NCBI RefSeq assembly: GCF_001194135.2
Contig: NC_068997.1
Coordinates: 47,567,390 to 47,631,389 of the forward strand
Length of the DNA: 64,000 bases
From: Octopus bimaculoides
Taxonomy: Eukaryota
Direction: 5' to 3'
Shown: positions 25,527 to 39,900 of the stretch, in pieces
Layout of the letters: every line of letters begins with the position of its first letter
Position numbering within the stretch: the first letter of the stretch is position 1
The notes under the pieces: model-generated
Databases searched by the model: none
Told to the model about the DNA's origin: nothing
What the model saw: only the letters and a program-made list of their open reading frames with translations
Made by a program: the position numbers and the translations under genes

Positions 25527-28446
25527 CATTATTATTATTATTATTAATAGGGTGGCAGGCTGGCATAATCATAAGCATGCTAGATGATGCTTCACCATCT
25601 TCACATTTTGAGTTCAAATTTCGCCGAGGTCAACTTTGCCTTTTATCCTTTTGGGGGTCGATAAAATAAGTACCAGTTGAGTACTGGGGCTGATGTAACT
25701 GACTATCCCCCTTCCCCAAATCTCAGGCCTTGTGCCTCTAGCACAAAGGATTATTATTATTATAATTATTATTACTATTTATTATTATTATTATTATTAT
25801 TAAGATGATGAGCAGGCTGAATCATTAGCATGCTGCGTGAAATGCTTTGGGGCATTGCATCCATCTTTACATTCCAAGTTCAAATGCTGCTGGGTTTGAC
25901 CTTACTTTTCATCCCTCCAGGGTCAGTGAAATAAGCACCAGTTGAGCACTGGGGAACCTCATCCCTTGAAATTGCTAGCCTTGGGTCAAAATTTGAAATC
26001 CTTATTAAGGTGGTAAGCTAGCAGAATCATTAGCATGCTGGGCAAAATGGAACATTTCATTTGTCTTTACATTCAATGATTGCGAGTTTAAGAAGTTCAC
26101 TTCCCAACCATGTGGTTCCAGGTTCAATATCACTATGAGGCATCTTGGGTAAGTGTCTTCTACTACAGTGCTGGTTGACAAATGAGTGAAATTGTAAGAA
26201 GGAAACTGTACAGAAGCCTGTTTTGTGTGTGCATGTCGGTGTGTATGTGTTGTCATCATTGGTTTAACATCTACTTTACTATACTTTCATGGATCAAAAA
26301 GAATTCATTGAGGCAGATTTCCTATGCATGGTTGCCCTTCTTGACACCAACCATCACCTACAATCCAAGTAAGGTTCATATTTCTCCATAGCTGAGAGAA
26401 TGGAAGCAAGGGGCATTGATTCTATTGTAGTTAGTGACATTCAATTACAACCATTGAATGATGCCAAGACAAAGAGATGAAAGCACTCATACACATACAG
26501 CCATGCAAACACATACATGCAAGTGTGTATATACATATACATACATACATATACATACATACATACATATATATATATATATTATATACACACACACACA
26601 CACACATAGACATATAACTACACACACTATACATATATAACTACGATGAACCAAGGCTTTAGTTGATCTGGGGCTATAGAAGAAATTTGCCCAAGGTGCC
26701 ATATGATGGGACAGAACTCAAAACCAAGTGTTTGGGATGCAAGCTTCTTCATGCACCCATACCTGTGTGTGTGTGTGTGTGTGTGTTGTTGATATCATAA
26801 AAATTTGATAAACTTTTGAGACAGCATAAAATAATTCTTTTGTCAGAACTTAGCTCTCAAGGTACATCACATAAAGCTATGAACAATAACAGAAAAATTG
26901 AATTGGAAAATCCCTTTAGGATAAAAAAAAAGTTGAAGGTTGCTTGCAGGACTTTTTCTATCCATAATGGTTTTTCAATCCAATATCTACATTCTATTAT
27001 TTATAGCTTTATGCGTTGTGTCTCTGGATCCAATATTAAAAAAAAAAGGATTATCATACATATATGTATGTATACATGTATGTATCAACCATATACACTT
27101 AATGCATATGCTTTGTGTATTTGCCAGCAGACTGCAATTTGGCATGGTGAAGAATACATAGTCAAAGTGCCAGGTTAAAACATCTGAAAGTCATGGATAG
27201 GTGAGATAACACACTCCAAATCCCATCCAGTAGTGATGGACATCAACGTTTTGCCACTTTTGTGGCTTATCAACATTACACACCCAAACAGGATTGGAGA
27301 TGACTCATATTGCCAGTCCACAACTTGTATGCATATAGCAGGAAAACTATGTGCGGGTATGCCATGACAATGCACACTCTAGAATAAATTCAAATATGGG
27401 ACAGAAGCAGTGCTGGTGTAATAAACATTATCGTAATGTATATGCATTGTGTATTTGCCATTAGGCTGCAATTTGGCATTGTGGAGAATACTCTCTCAAA
27501 GCGGTGGATGTTAAAACATCTTACAGTTTTGGAAAGATGATATATCTAAACACGCATTGCTTGTCAAAATGCCTCTACAGATCATGTGGGGTATTGAAGC
27601 GGCACTTGAACAGTCATACTATTAGGAGGACAGAAAATGGAGCCAATGCTGAAATGAGACATTGCTGCAGTATAAGGGATCAGCATTTCAAATTCTTTAC
27701 AAGGCTTAAAAATCATTTAAGGTCTCTTGCTGGGAATAAGCAATTAGAGATACAAGAGAAAAAGCTCTGCAAGAAGTAGACAGCCACCATATGTGTGTGT
27801 GTGTGTGTGTGTGTGTGAATATGTGCATGCTTGCATGTGTGTTTTTGTTTGTATCCTCATGTCTGCATTTACTACTTCTTCAATGTAGAGACATTGTTTA
27901 TGTCTACTGTAAACAAAATGCCTGACAGCAATTAGCTGTGTGAAGGTAAAGATGAGAAATCAAATATTTTACTTGAAAAACAATTGTTGGCATCAAAAAG
28001 GGTATCCAGCCTCAAGATATTTCATCCAATCTATGACAGCATGGAAAATGTTGTCAACTTACTGTCATTTCTGTCAACTTGTTCATTACTGTCAACTGAT
28101 ATTGCTGTCAACTTGTTTGTTGTCATCATTACTTTTACCATAACAACATGATAAAAACAATGATGACAATGAAGAATGATGACATCAAAAGGGAATTCCA
28201 GGTGAGAGAAGAATTGGAACAGCTTTCTGATTGTACTTACGCTGATCAAAAACACTTTTCTTTGCTGGTTTGGGAAACACTTTTGGTGGAACTTTAGAGA
28301 CGTTGTTTGAATTGGTTACAATTGTTTCACTATTGGTGGTTGTTGAATTTAAGACGGTTGGATTCAGAAGCAGAGGAGTACTCTGTTGAAGTTGGTTCTG
28401 AAGCTGTGACAGTTGTTGTTGCTGTAGTGCTGCTTGATACAAAGCA

Positions 28447-28479
<33 letters not shown>

Positions 28480-31039
28480 AAGGCTGCCTGTACCAAATTC
28501 TGCTGTTGAGCTTGTTGCTGCTAAAAACAAATAGAATACATAACAGATTAAGAAAATATAGAAACATCAGAGCATTGCAAGAAGTTCTTACATAGTCACT
28601 TGTCTTTGGTCCTGAAACATTTAATTAATTAAACTAAAACATATTTTTACTAGTTATTAGTTTTAGAATAGTGTTACATTTAATTTATGGTGATGGTAAT
28701 CAGGTTTTACAGTTTCATAATTCTAATTTCAGTACAAGGCCAGCAATTTTCAAGGAAGGTAGAAGTGGATTACATTGATACCAGTGCCTTTTTTTTCACA
28801 TTTTCATAGCAGCATTTCTTATAAAGACACAAAGTCAAAGACATTTCTTGCTTTTTTACTTTTTACATGACTTAGAGGCAGAGCTGGTTCAAGGTGCTGG
28901 CAACTCAGGTAGCCACCCAGGATACCATGTAATAGGTGCACCATGGAGGCCATAACAAAGAAATTTCCACAAATATCAGCTTGTATATAACAAAGTTCAG
29001 CTTGCCCGGGGCACCAACAACCCTAGAGCCAACCTTGCTTGGAAGGGAAGGGCAGTGCTCATGACACTTTTCCAGGTCTTCATGGAGGAAGGATGGAAGG
29101 CTATTTTGAGATGGAAATCTAGGCTGAATGCTGGCCACACAATGTACTCCACTAAATGGATCCAAGGGCCCAATGTTCGTGTTAAACCAGGTAACAGAAG
29201 AAGTCTAACATATCTACAACCAACAATGGTCTCTCTAGCAGATTTGTACCAAATTTCACTGACGACTATATGTAGAAATCTCTTGCCAAAGATGCCACTC
29301 AGTGGACTCAAACTCCTAAACCAAAATATCTGTAATACAAACCTCCCAACTACACAGCAAAGTCTATGATCAATATATCTGCTTTTGAAGCACAAAACTA
29401 GAAATTATAATTAAATATAAATATCATTAACTGAGAAAGATATTTAAGAAAGAAGAGCCATGATAGTCACTACTAAAGGACAAAGCTTTCACATTAGTTA
29501 AATCAACCATAGTATATGGTTGACTTACCGAATGTTTAAGCTTTCTCCATTCACAATTACTATCATCAAAGTAGAGCAACGTGTAAGTTTTCTCCATTCA
29601 CAATGACTATCAGCAAAGTAGAGCAACAAAACTCAGTACTATTTATCATTTACTCCTCTGTACTACTGTTTTATCTACTCAACCTGATATATTTTCATAA
29701 TAGAAAAGCAGATTTAGAGGAAAAATAAGGACAATGACAAAGGATTTTGAAGATTATAGAAGAATTTAAAACTTTCCATGAGCACTTGCTGAGTCTATTG
29801 TGAGCATTATTTCATAAGACAGTACAGGTGTGTTTCAAGATATTATCAGTTTATATTGAGTGGTGCAGGTAACAAGCATAGAAGTTTAATTTGCTGTAAT
29901 TGTTATATAATTCTGATAAAAAAATAACGGTGATAAGCTGGCAAATTGGTTGACTTGTTGAAGTGTTGAATAGAATGTTTTGCAGTATTTTCTTTTATTT
30001 TTAAAACTCCGTACTACTCAAACACAGATATAATACTCAGTATTCACTGTTCAACTACCCTGTTAAACCAACACACATCTATACGGTAAACCAACACAGT
30101 CAAGCTAACACCTTCAACTACCCCTTTGACATTTCACTCAGTTCTTGTTTATTGTAATCGGTTAGTCCACCTTCAGTCACTTGGGGGCGTTCAGGATTCT
30201 CCCATAACAGTGCCTATGTGTACCTTTGACTTGACGTCGTGTCATAGTCGTTCATGATCATCTCCATCACGCAAACGATGTTGCTTATTTCCAGTCTTCG
30301 ATGGTGAAATAATACCTTAACTTAGAAACAAGGGAAGTTTGGCAACAAGAAAGGCATCAGCCGTAGAAACAGCAGCAACTAACACTGACAATGATTTTAA
30401 TTAAACTCAAAGCCACAAACTGTGATGTGGAGGAAATGTAACCGACAAAATCAACCCCAGTATTTAACTGGTACACAGCATACATTTTGTTTTAAAATAA
30501 TTGATGTTTTTTAACCCCAGGTCAGTCCTGACCTCTAGCCGTTCCATTCCAAGTGTGACTATCGCATCTATTTTTTTTCTTTATAATTTATTTGACATTG
30601 TATTCCGTAAACTATATTATCCAATGTATCATTTCTAAAGATGGCTCAGAGTAATATAACCAACAGCTGACTGCTATTTCTAGCAGGGCGAATGACGGCT
30701 AAGATGATGCTTCGTAATATCATTTACCAGTAAAATTGTAACAAAATATCGAAAGCGAAACTGAGAGTTGCCTCCCTTTACCGCTAGCTCATAATCGTTT
30801 ATTTTAATAGCACTTCTTCACTTTGATAATTTACTGAATTTCCACGAACGACTCCAATGGCCAGCTGTCTGGAATGTTGACTTAAGGACTGGGACAAAAT
30901 GTTATAGGTTCAAATCCAATCAGCTGGCTATAAAACGCATGCTGTTGATTTGTGAAGTGACACTGACAAACCACCCTTTTAATTAGTGTTATATACATAC
31001 ACACGCACACACACGATGGTGGGGTACAAACACACACAT

Positions 31040-31084
<45 letters not shown>

Positions 31085-33489
31085 NNNNNNNNNNNNNNNN
31101 NNNNNNNNNNNNNNNNNNNNNNNNNNNNNNNNNNNNNNNNNNNNNNNNNNNNNNNNNNNNNNNNNNNNNNNNNNNNNNNNNNNNNNNNNNNNNNNNNNNN
31201 NNNNNNNNNNNNNNNNNNNNNNNNNNNNNNNNNNNNNNNNNNNNNNNNNNNNNNNNNNNNNNNNNNNNNNNNNNNNNNNNNNNNNNNNNNNNNNNNNNNN
31301 NNNNNNNNNNNNNNNNNNNNNNNNNNNNNNNNNNNNNNNNNNNNNNNNNNNNNNNNTTTATTGCAATGGTTGAGAGCTGCAGCAACATGTAAAACAGTGG
31401 TTCTCAACCATTTTTCCTCCTTTGATTACTTTTCTGTTCTGGTGGATCCCCATAGCCATTTGATATTTAAAAACTAGTTTTATAGATGCTTCTTTCAAAA
31501 TTGCTATTTTGTTTTTTTTCACACATTAACTTGTGTAGGTTTAACTATGTAAAATGATAGAGAAAGAAACTGAGCTGTTTCTCACAATAAATACATGTAA
31601 AGCAGAAATTTTTTCACAGATCCTTAAGATACTACTGTCATCATCATCATCATCATCATTTAATATCCACTTTCCATGCTGGCATGGGTTGGACCGTTTG
31701 ATAGGAGCTGACTAGGCAGAAGACTGCATCAGGCTTCACAGTCTGTTTTGGAAGGAGTTTTACAGCTGGATGCCCTTTCTAACACCAACCACCACACAAA
31801 GTGGACAGTGGATCCATTATTTACTTTTTTCTTGTTTGGACCCCCAAAAGCCTTACTAGGACCCCCAGGAGTCATATGGACCTGGTGCATATAACTAATT
31901 AAAGATCCACACCTTGCACCAACAATTAGTTTTACTATGTCCATCAACTGATGACACTTTGTTGTCACTCAACCCCAGATCACTGCCCTCATCAAACATA
32001 CATTCACCACACGCAGTCTTAGTGCTTATACAATACTTAGTCCTTACCATCTGGCTGTACAGGGCCTGAGCCAAAACTTGTTGTTGTGCTTGCTGTTGTT
32101 GAGCAGCCATTTGTTGCTGAGCTGCCATTTGATGCTGAGCTGCCATTTGTTGCTGAGCAGCCATTTGTGCAGCTGCTAGCTGCACTGGGTCAATAGTTGA
32201 TAAAAGACCTGTGTGAAAAGAGAAACAGAATGGTGTATATCAGTGAAATTGTATTGATATAGAGAATGAAAGGGTGTATATACATGAGATTATATGCAGA
32301 ACTATTTATACACTTATGTATTTATACAGTTATATGCAGAACTATTTATACAGTAATGTAGGTGCTATCATTGTTTCTCTATCATTAAAGGAGTAATTGA
32401 GGTATAAACATATAGAAGGTGAATGACAAATGAATAGAAATGTTAAAAGAAAGAATGGGATGAAAAGAATAAAGTGAAAGTTGCAGATATTATTAAGCAA
32501 AGGGACATATATTATTTGAAATAGCTGAAAGTGTGTTTCTTCCAATGTAAACACCAGTAAACATGCTGTTGTTTATAAAATTCCTCCCTGATAAGATTGA
32601 TACATTATTCCACATTATTCTTCCTCTCAGATTTATTTTAATGTATCAATCAAAACATAAGTCAGTAATATGGTGATATAAATGATTTAAATAACATCTT
32701 GTGCATTTGTCTCCATTTTCCCTTACTATTATATCTATATATATATATATATATATATAAATACACACACAGATATATGTGTATGAGAGAGCAGTATAAG
32801 TGTGTGTATGCAACAATATGTATGTGCACCTGTGTGGTCATTTGCTCTTCTTTATGGAGCGCATAAGAGTTGAAGATGCCTGGCATTTTCTCCTATCAAC
32901 TGGTGAGCTGTCATTGAGATTTTCAACTAAAATCTTTGGGTACTTGCTTTAAAGATTTCCCATGTCTATCAATGTTTTTGTTTTTTCTTTACTGGTATCA
33001 GAAAGTACACAGGGCCAAAAGTGATGCTGCAAGGTATCTCATCTACCACACTAACTTTTCTCCAGTGCACGCAGACATCCATACATACACACATGTATAG
33101 ATATAAAGGCATTCAATACAACCTGATTTCATGACAAAAAAGGATTACATAGGCCAAGCAAGAGTTTTATCATACCAATGAGACTATCAAGACAACACAG
33201 AACTTCATGCACAAAATCCCTTTTCTATCTCACATAAATTGACACTTTTGCATGTGTGTACATATGCATACATTCATATGAGGGAGTGCTGAAAAGTTCC
33301 TGGCTTTGAGTAAAAGAAAATACAGGAGGATCACTTAATTATGATTTTGAACATATTCCCTTCTCTGATTCACACACTTATTGCAGTGGTCCTTCAGTTT
33401 TTCTAAGCCCCGGAAAAGAACTTGGAAGGTTGGGTCTCCAACCAGACATTTCATGACACCCTTAGAACCAGGAACTTTAACAACCTCGT

Positions 33490-33536
<47 letters not shown>

Positions 33537-36500
33537 ATACTTAATGTTAATGTTAAAAGAAAAGAGGGTTATTGTGCTTAATTGCTGACAATTTTATACT
33601 AAATTCTTTATTAGCTGCCAACTAATTAATTCGCTAATGATTAGTTGGTTAAATACTTAATGACTAACTGATGATCGCTGATAACAATTGATTACTTGGT
33701 GATTAATTCCTTGGTTAGAGTATTACTAATTGGTAGCTGGAGAGAATGTGTATGGGTATGCACGTATGTATGACTAATTAGTGTTTAGTAACAACAGGTG
33801 AGAGATAATTAGGTTGACTGTGTAGTCTTACCTGTTGTGACAGGCATTGTTACAGGTGAAGTAATTGCAGGTGTTGTAACAGTGAGTGGTGGAAAGAAGT
33901 TGGACTGCATTGGTTGTGTTGGAGCCAACAATGGACTTAGCGGTATTGTAGTCTGGAAAAATAAGAAAGAACAGTTTACAATTTAGTAGAAATGTAAGGT
34001 GGCAGGCTGGCAGAATAAACCATAAAATATACTTTTATCTTTGGACAAGATATCTCAAGAACTGCTATATGGATTCAGATGAAACTTTCAGGGATGTTTG
34101 GCCTGATGTTTGGCACAAACTGATTAGATTGTGAGATCGATCCAATACTGGACAAGGATTCTGGATTATTTTCTGTGTTTTTTTTACTTAATTTTTGAGA
34201 GTGGTGGGGTTCGTTTTTAGTATTCTCGTTTGTGAGAGCAGTCGAGTTTATTTCAGATATTCTCATTTTAAAAATCATCTCTGGCTGATCATTGAGAGGA
34301 CATTGGTGTTGCCTTGGCAGAGGGTTGGTGTTATATCATACTAAGTTGAACTTGAACCACTGAACTCAGACTCCAAATTTGCTTTTGGAAAATAACTATA
34401 ATGACAGGAATACATCAATAAAGGAGCTTCTATGTGGTTGTTTTGTCTGTTAGAAATAGCAGCTAAACTTCCCTCAAATCACATCCTGTTGTCTTTTTCT
34501 CACAGAAGAGATAACACATTGGATAATGTAGTCGTACAGGAACTAAATCTGAATAAAAGACTGCGCTGGTTTGGTCATGTGATGCAGATGGATGAGGACA
34601 GTTGCACAAAGATGCGCCAATCACTTAAAGTTAATGGAAGTTGTGGAAGAGGGAGACCCGGGAAGACATGGGACAAAGTACTGAAGGCCGATCTCAAAAC
34701 ATTGAGGCTTATAAAGGAGATGACAAAGGATTGCTGTACTCAAGAAAGCCTGCTCACCACAACAGAAGTGATATCCAAAAACCAAGGTGCCATGTAAAAA
34801 GCACGCAATAAACTCTGTAAAATGGTTGGCATTAGGAAGGGCATCCAACAGTAGAAACCAAGCCAAAACTGACTATGGAAACTTGTGTGGCCCCTGGCCT
34901 TGCTAGTTCCTGTCAAGCTGTCCAACCCATGCCAGCATGGAAGCAGACGTTAAATGATGATGATGATGGTAGTCACTACAGGAACGTTGTTGATTATAGC
35001 GCTGTCACTGGATGAGAAGTGACCAAGGACTAAAGAACAATAATGATTAAGTAAAAGAAAATCATTTTAAACATTCACAGATATATTTGTAATTATAAAA
35101 AAAAAGAAGAAAAAAAAAAAGCGATGTCACTGACCTGAGGGCCTTGAGTAAGACCGTTTCCACCGCCTTTGATTCTTGATTGAAGAGATCGTGCATCACT
35201 AAGCTCATCCACATTGTCATTTAAAACATTTTCGAAAACATTATCCACCCACTTGGCCCATGTAGAATTACGATCATCTGACATAACTGAGACACTTTCA
35301 TGGGGAACATTCAAGTGATGAGCTCTTGTTGGTGCAGTTCTCTCTGTATAGCGAGCATTCAGTCTGGTGTCAGCAATATCTGTTTCACTCATGTTGACTG
35401 GACTTGGGCTGACATAACGTTTATTCAGTTGTGACTCTTTGTTGAGGTTACTGGGTGCCTGGATGCTGCTGCCATTGGTGGTGGCGTAGTCGCCACTGCT
35501 AAGTGGAGAAGCAGCTCGCAATTTGTAATTATGATAACGATCATTGAGGGGACTTTCGTTTGTCAGATCTGGCAGGAAGTCTTCAGCCCGGCGCTGATTT
35601 AAAGGGTTTGATACTGAAAATGCAATGTCTTTCTTGGACTTCTTAGAATTAGCCCGAATAGAGGTTTCAAGAGGAAGAACTTCAGGGAAATGTCCTGTAA
35701 AAGCCATGTTTCGGTCCTTCTCTGGATCATGAGGACTGCAGTGGGGGAAAAAAAACGATAGCCACATTAAAATACAGAGCTGGTTTAGTGAGCTGTTTTT
35801 AATAGATTTGTAAAATATGGAAAAGGTTAATAGGAGTGATATAACCCTGTCTGACCCATACAAGCATGGAAAAGTAGACATTATAATGATGATGTGATGA
35901 TGATGATGATGATAAAGTTTATTCAAGACATTACACTAGTACTATTTCTATGGCATATCTAAAAATGATCATGGTGGAATATCTTCAATAAAATATATAA
36001 AACTCTATGTTTGTGTCATGTATTGAGTACTAGATTTGAAAAGAGCCTCTGTTCATTGAATTCTATGTACAGTGTGCGATGGGTAAATTGTCACCATTTT
36101 ATATTTTTAATTTTGTGCTTTTGCATTGATTGCTTTTGATTTTGTCAGTTACACGGTGTAGTAGGGTCAGTTGGGCACCGTTTGTGAGAAAAACAGCACC
36201 ATGACACAATTCACTCTGCCAGAAATTTGGGAACGATATGCTGTACTGCTAAGCATTCCATGGCTGATCCTACAACTCAGTTTCGTACAAGGAATACAAT
36301 GGAGTGTTAGGTAACAATCTGATTATATAACCATGTGCTCATCAGGGTTAGCCAATATTGAAGGGAATACGGCAACTGATTTCTGATAATATACCCACTC
36401 TATTGGCAAATATACGAGTGCATCTTTTCCTTGACTTATGGTCTCTTAAACAACTCATGTATATATATATATATATATATGTTATTCAAGACATTTCACT

Positions 36501-36935
36501 TAGACCATTTCAAAGTATATGATAGAAACAACAGTAGTGTAATGTCTGGCATTACATATCACCATCTTAATGTCCACTTTTCCAGGCTTGCACAGGCTGG
36601 ACAGAGTTTATTGAGGCAGGTTTTCTTCAGCCAATACTCTTCCGGTTGCTGACCCTTACCTGTTTCCAAATGAGGTAATATTTCACCCACGGCCAGACAT
36701 ACTTTTTGAAAATATTGGAAATGAAATGACATTCGTTTGCAACAATCATGTGATATCAAACGAGGAAAAGCAAACATACACATACGCACAGACTTCTTTC
36801 AGTTTCCATCTACCAGATCCACTGACAAATGTTTGGTCAATCTGGGATTCTTGTACAAAACACATTTGCCCAACATACTGTGCAGTGGGGACTGGACATG
36901 GAAATACGTGGTACGGAAGCAAATGTCTTAACCAT

Positions 36936-36966
<31 letters not shown>

Positions 36967-39900
36967 CATACATATGTGGGATTGCTGAAAAGTTCCTGGC
37001 TTTAAGGATATTGCAAAAGGCTTGGTTGGGGCCCAACCTTCTGAGATCTTTTACAGAGCTTAGGAAAACTGAAGAACCATTGCAATAAGTATGTTGAATA
37101 AAATCATACTTAACTGATCCTTCTGTATTTTCTTTACCCAAAGGCAGGAACTTTTCAGCAACCTCCTCATATGTATATGTGTGTGTGTGTGTGTGTGTGT
37201 TGCCTTTGTGCTTTGTGCTTCAAATAATATTTAATAAAATCACATTTTTTGAGAGTTTTAGTAAAATATGTAGTTTTATAGATATTGAAATATGTTATTA
37301 TGAAACCAATTGAAATCTAAATATTATCCTTTATATTGTAAAGAGATTTTGATTAGAATTTTAATTTGAATATGAATACATAAATATGAATGGCCATGAG
37401 AGGGTTGGCATTAAAAGAAGTAATTTGTAAATATGCCTTTACTTTTCAATCTTAAGTTGATTAATATGAAATTTAATTAACCTATTCATCACCCTACATC
37501 TAAAGATGTAACAAAAAGATTTCAATTAATTTTGAAAATCAAAAATTTCAAAGGATTTTGTATAATAACAATGAATTTTTCATGATGAAGCTGATATCTG
37601 GAACACAATGAAAGATTTTCACATAAAATTATATGTAAAAAAATAAAAGAAAGGTGGTGCCCCAGCGTGGCCGCTGTCTAATTTCTAAAACCAGTAAAAG
37701 AATAAAATAGAAGGTTTTTAATTTTATTAAAAATGGTTAGTTTTTTTTTTAATGTTTTCTTATTACAGAACTAGCTATGGTCTTACATAAGTTGGTTATG
37801 AATAGGGGTAAATTATGAAGGAGTTAAATTCTTTTTTTAGAGAAAAGAACAAGACTGACATGTGATGGTTTTCAGGCAGGGCAGCAACACACTGCCCTTC
37901 ACACCTATCAGAAAGCTGAACCAAGTTAGTGAGTGACTACTACTACTACATTTTCTTCATGGTGTAAGTATTTCTCATTTGAGTTTTAATGTTCACAGCA
38001 TTAAATGTGTTAATAGCCTTTATTTCTCAATGTGGCTGGTATTCCTGAGCAACACATTGTCAAAATAATTTTAGTTCTTTACGATGACTAGTGAACATTC
38101 TTGTTGCACTTACTGAGTTCCTTGATTATTACTTTGGAATGTATCCTGACGTTTAAGCTTTACTGATGAGGTCTCAACAGGATTGAAATCTACCTCAGGT
38201 TCTCTCCCATGTCTGCTGAAACAATTAAAATAATATCTATCAATGGCTACAAATACTGTTTTTTCTTTCTTCCTTTTTCACCTCTTCATAAAATTATTTC
38301 CAGTTAGCTTTTATTGACGTTCATTCCATTTAATGGATGTACTGAATGAAAGAATGACTGAACAGAAAACTTTACCTGCTGGAACCAGTCCTTCTCCCAA
38401 CTGGTCCTGCTGTATGGTCTGTGTAGACAAATGTGTATGACTTACACACAGGGAAGCCTTGGACGATCTCTATCTCAGAAATCAGATCCAACACATAATC
38501 ATTCCCCATCAGCTCATAGTAGTGAGGTCCTTCTTCCAGTGCTACAGTCCAGCCACTGTGATTGTCATACATATTTCTGTGGACAAAATACATCATCTTG
38601 TTAGAGAGAGAGAGAGAGAGAGAGAGAGTACTGTAGTCTGGCAAGAACAGTATAATGTACGAGATGCTAAAAAGTTTCTGGCTTTAAGGGTATCATGGAA
38701 GGCCTGGTTGGAGGCCCAAAATAAAATATAAGATAAAAAGAATGTCAACTTTTATTATATTCATTATATATATTGTTTCTGGTATAAATTAATATTACTA
38801 AGAAATATTACCGGTCCCTGGCACACTGGGGGAAAAAAAACTGCCATTATGCCACATCAGATAGTTTGAAAAGCACCGACTTGGAACAATAAAGGACTGA
38901 TGCTTGTCATGACAATGACCGTTTGACCAACAATCAGTGGTGTAGCTAAGAGTGGAGCAAGGAGAGGAGCAACCACTGGACCCAAGCACATATTTCAAAG
39001 TTGGCACCTTTCTAGCAAAGCAATTTTTTAAAAACTCTTTCATTACCTATATCAATAGTGGCAAGTTTCATACATATTATTATGACATTGATAGTGAAAC
39101 ATGAAATTAATGAATGTAGAACACAGTTAGGCATATCACAACTGAAATATTGAAATATTTTGAGTAATAGAAGAGAAATGGGTTAAAAGTTGTTTGGTTG
39201 TGTGCCATGGTGCTATGCCTCAGCCAACAATGTTGCTTGTTTATTATTGTTTGGGACAAAGATTTAATCTTTAGCCACAGTGTTTGATGTAATATTAGTC
39301 CAGCCAATCAAACAGAATAGTGAGTGAGTGTGTGTGTGTGTGTGTGTGTGCATGTAAGTTGTATACCTTTGATCCAGTAGGTTGGCAGCAAATCTCTCCC
39401 CTGTAATCCATGAATCTACATGGCCGATTTGTGTAACATCTGGAGAAAGACAAAATCAAAAAAGACTATTAGAAAGAACATATTCATTTCAAATTTTAGC
39501 ACAAGGCCAGCAATTTCGGTACTTGTTTTACCGACCCCGAAAGAGATGAAAGGCAAAGTCAACCTTGGCAAAATGTGAAGACATATGAAATGCTGCTAAG
39601 CATTTTGCCTGGCATGCTAATGACTATGCCAGCTCACCACCTTAATAATAATATTAGAACAGATATCAATTGCTGGTAGGGACACTGTATTTTGCTTTGC
39701 AACCAAAATGTAGTACCAAATGTGTTAGAGGTTTATAAGACAATATTACGTCTTATTTTGTATTAGAAGTGTGTTGTTTTCATTTTGTTAAGTGTCTCTC
39801 TACAGATGTTCTATGGAATTTAGAACCAGGTTGGCTCTAAATTTGAAAGAAAATCTGTAGAGATATACTTAAGGGATGATAACATTAGAGAGGAATAATG

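Noticed and set aside
27345-27385. Helitron helicase motif (YAMT...)
   Set aside because: Only GYAMTM matches, with no NKSQGQ or other helicase motifs.
38160-38195. Hammerhead-like CTGATGA...GAAA; also at about 3782 and 17432
   Set aside because: No convincing stem II/III or NUH site; chance matches or fully decayed.
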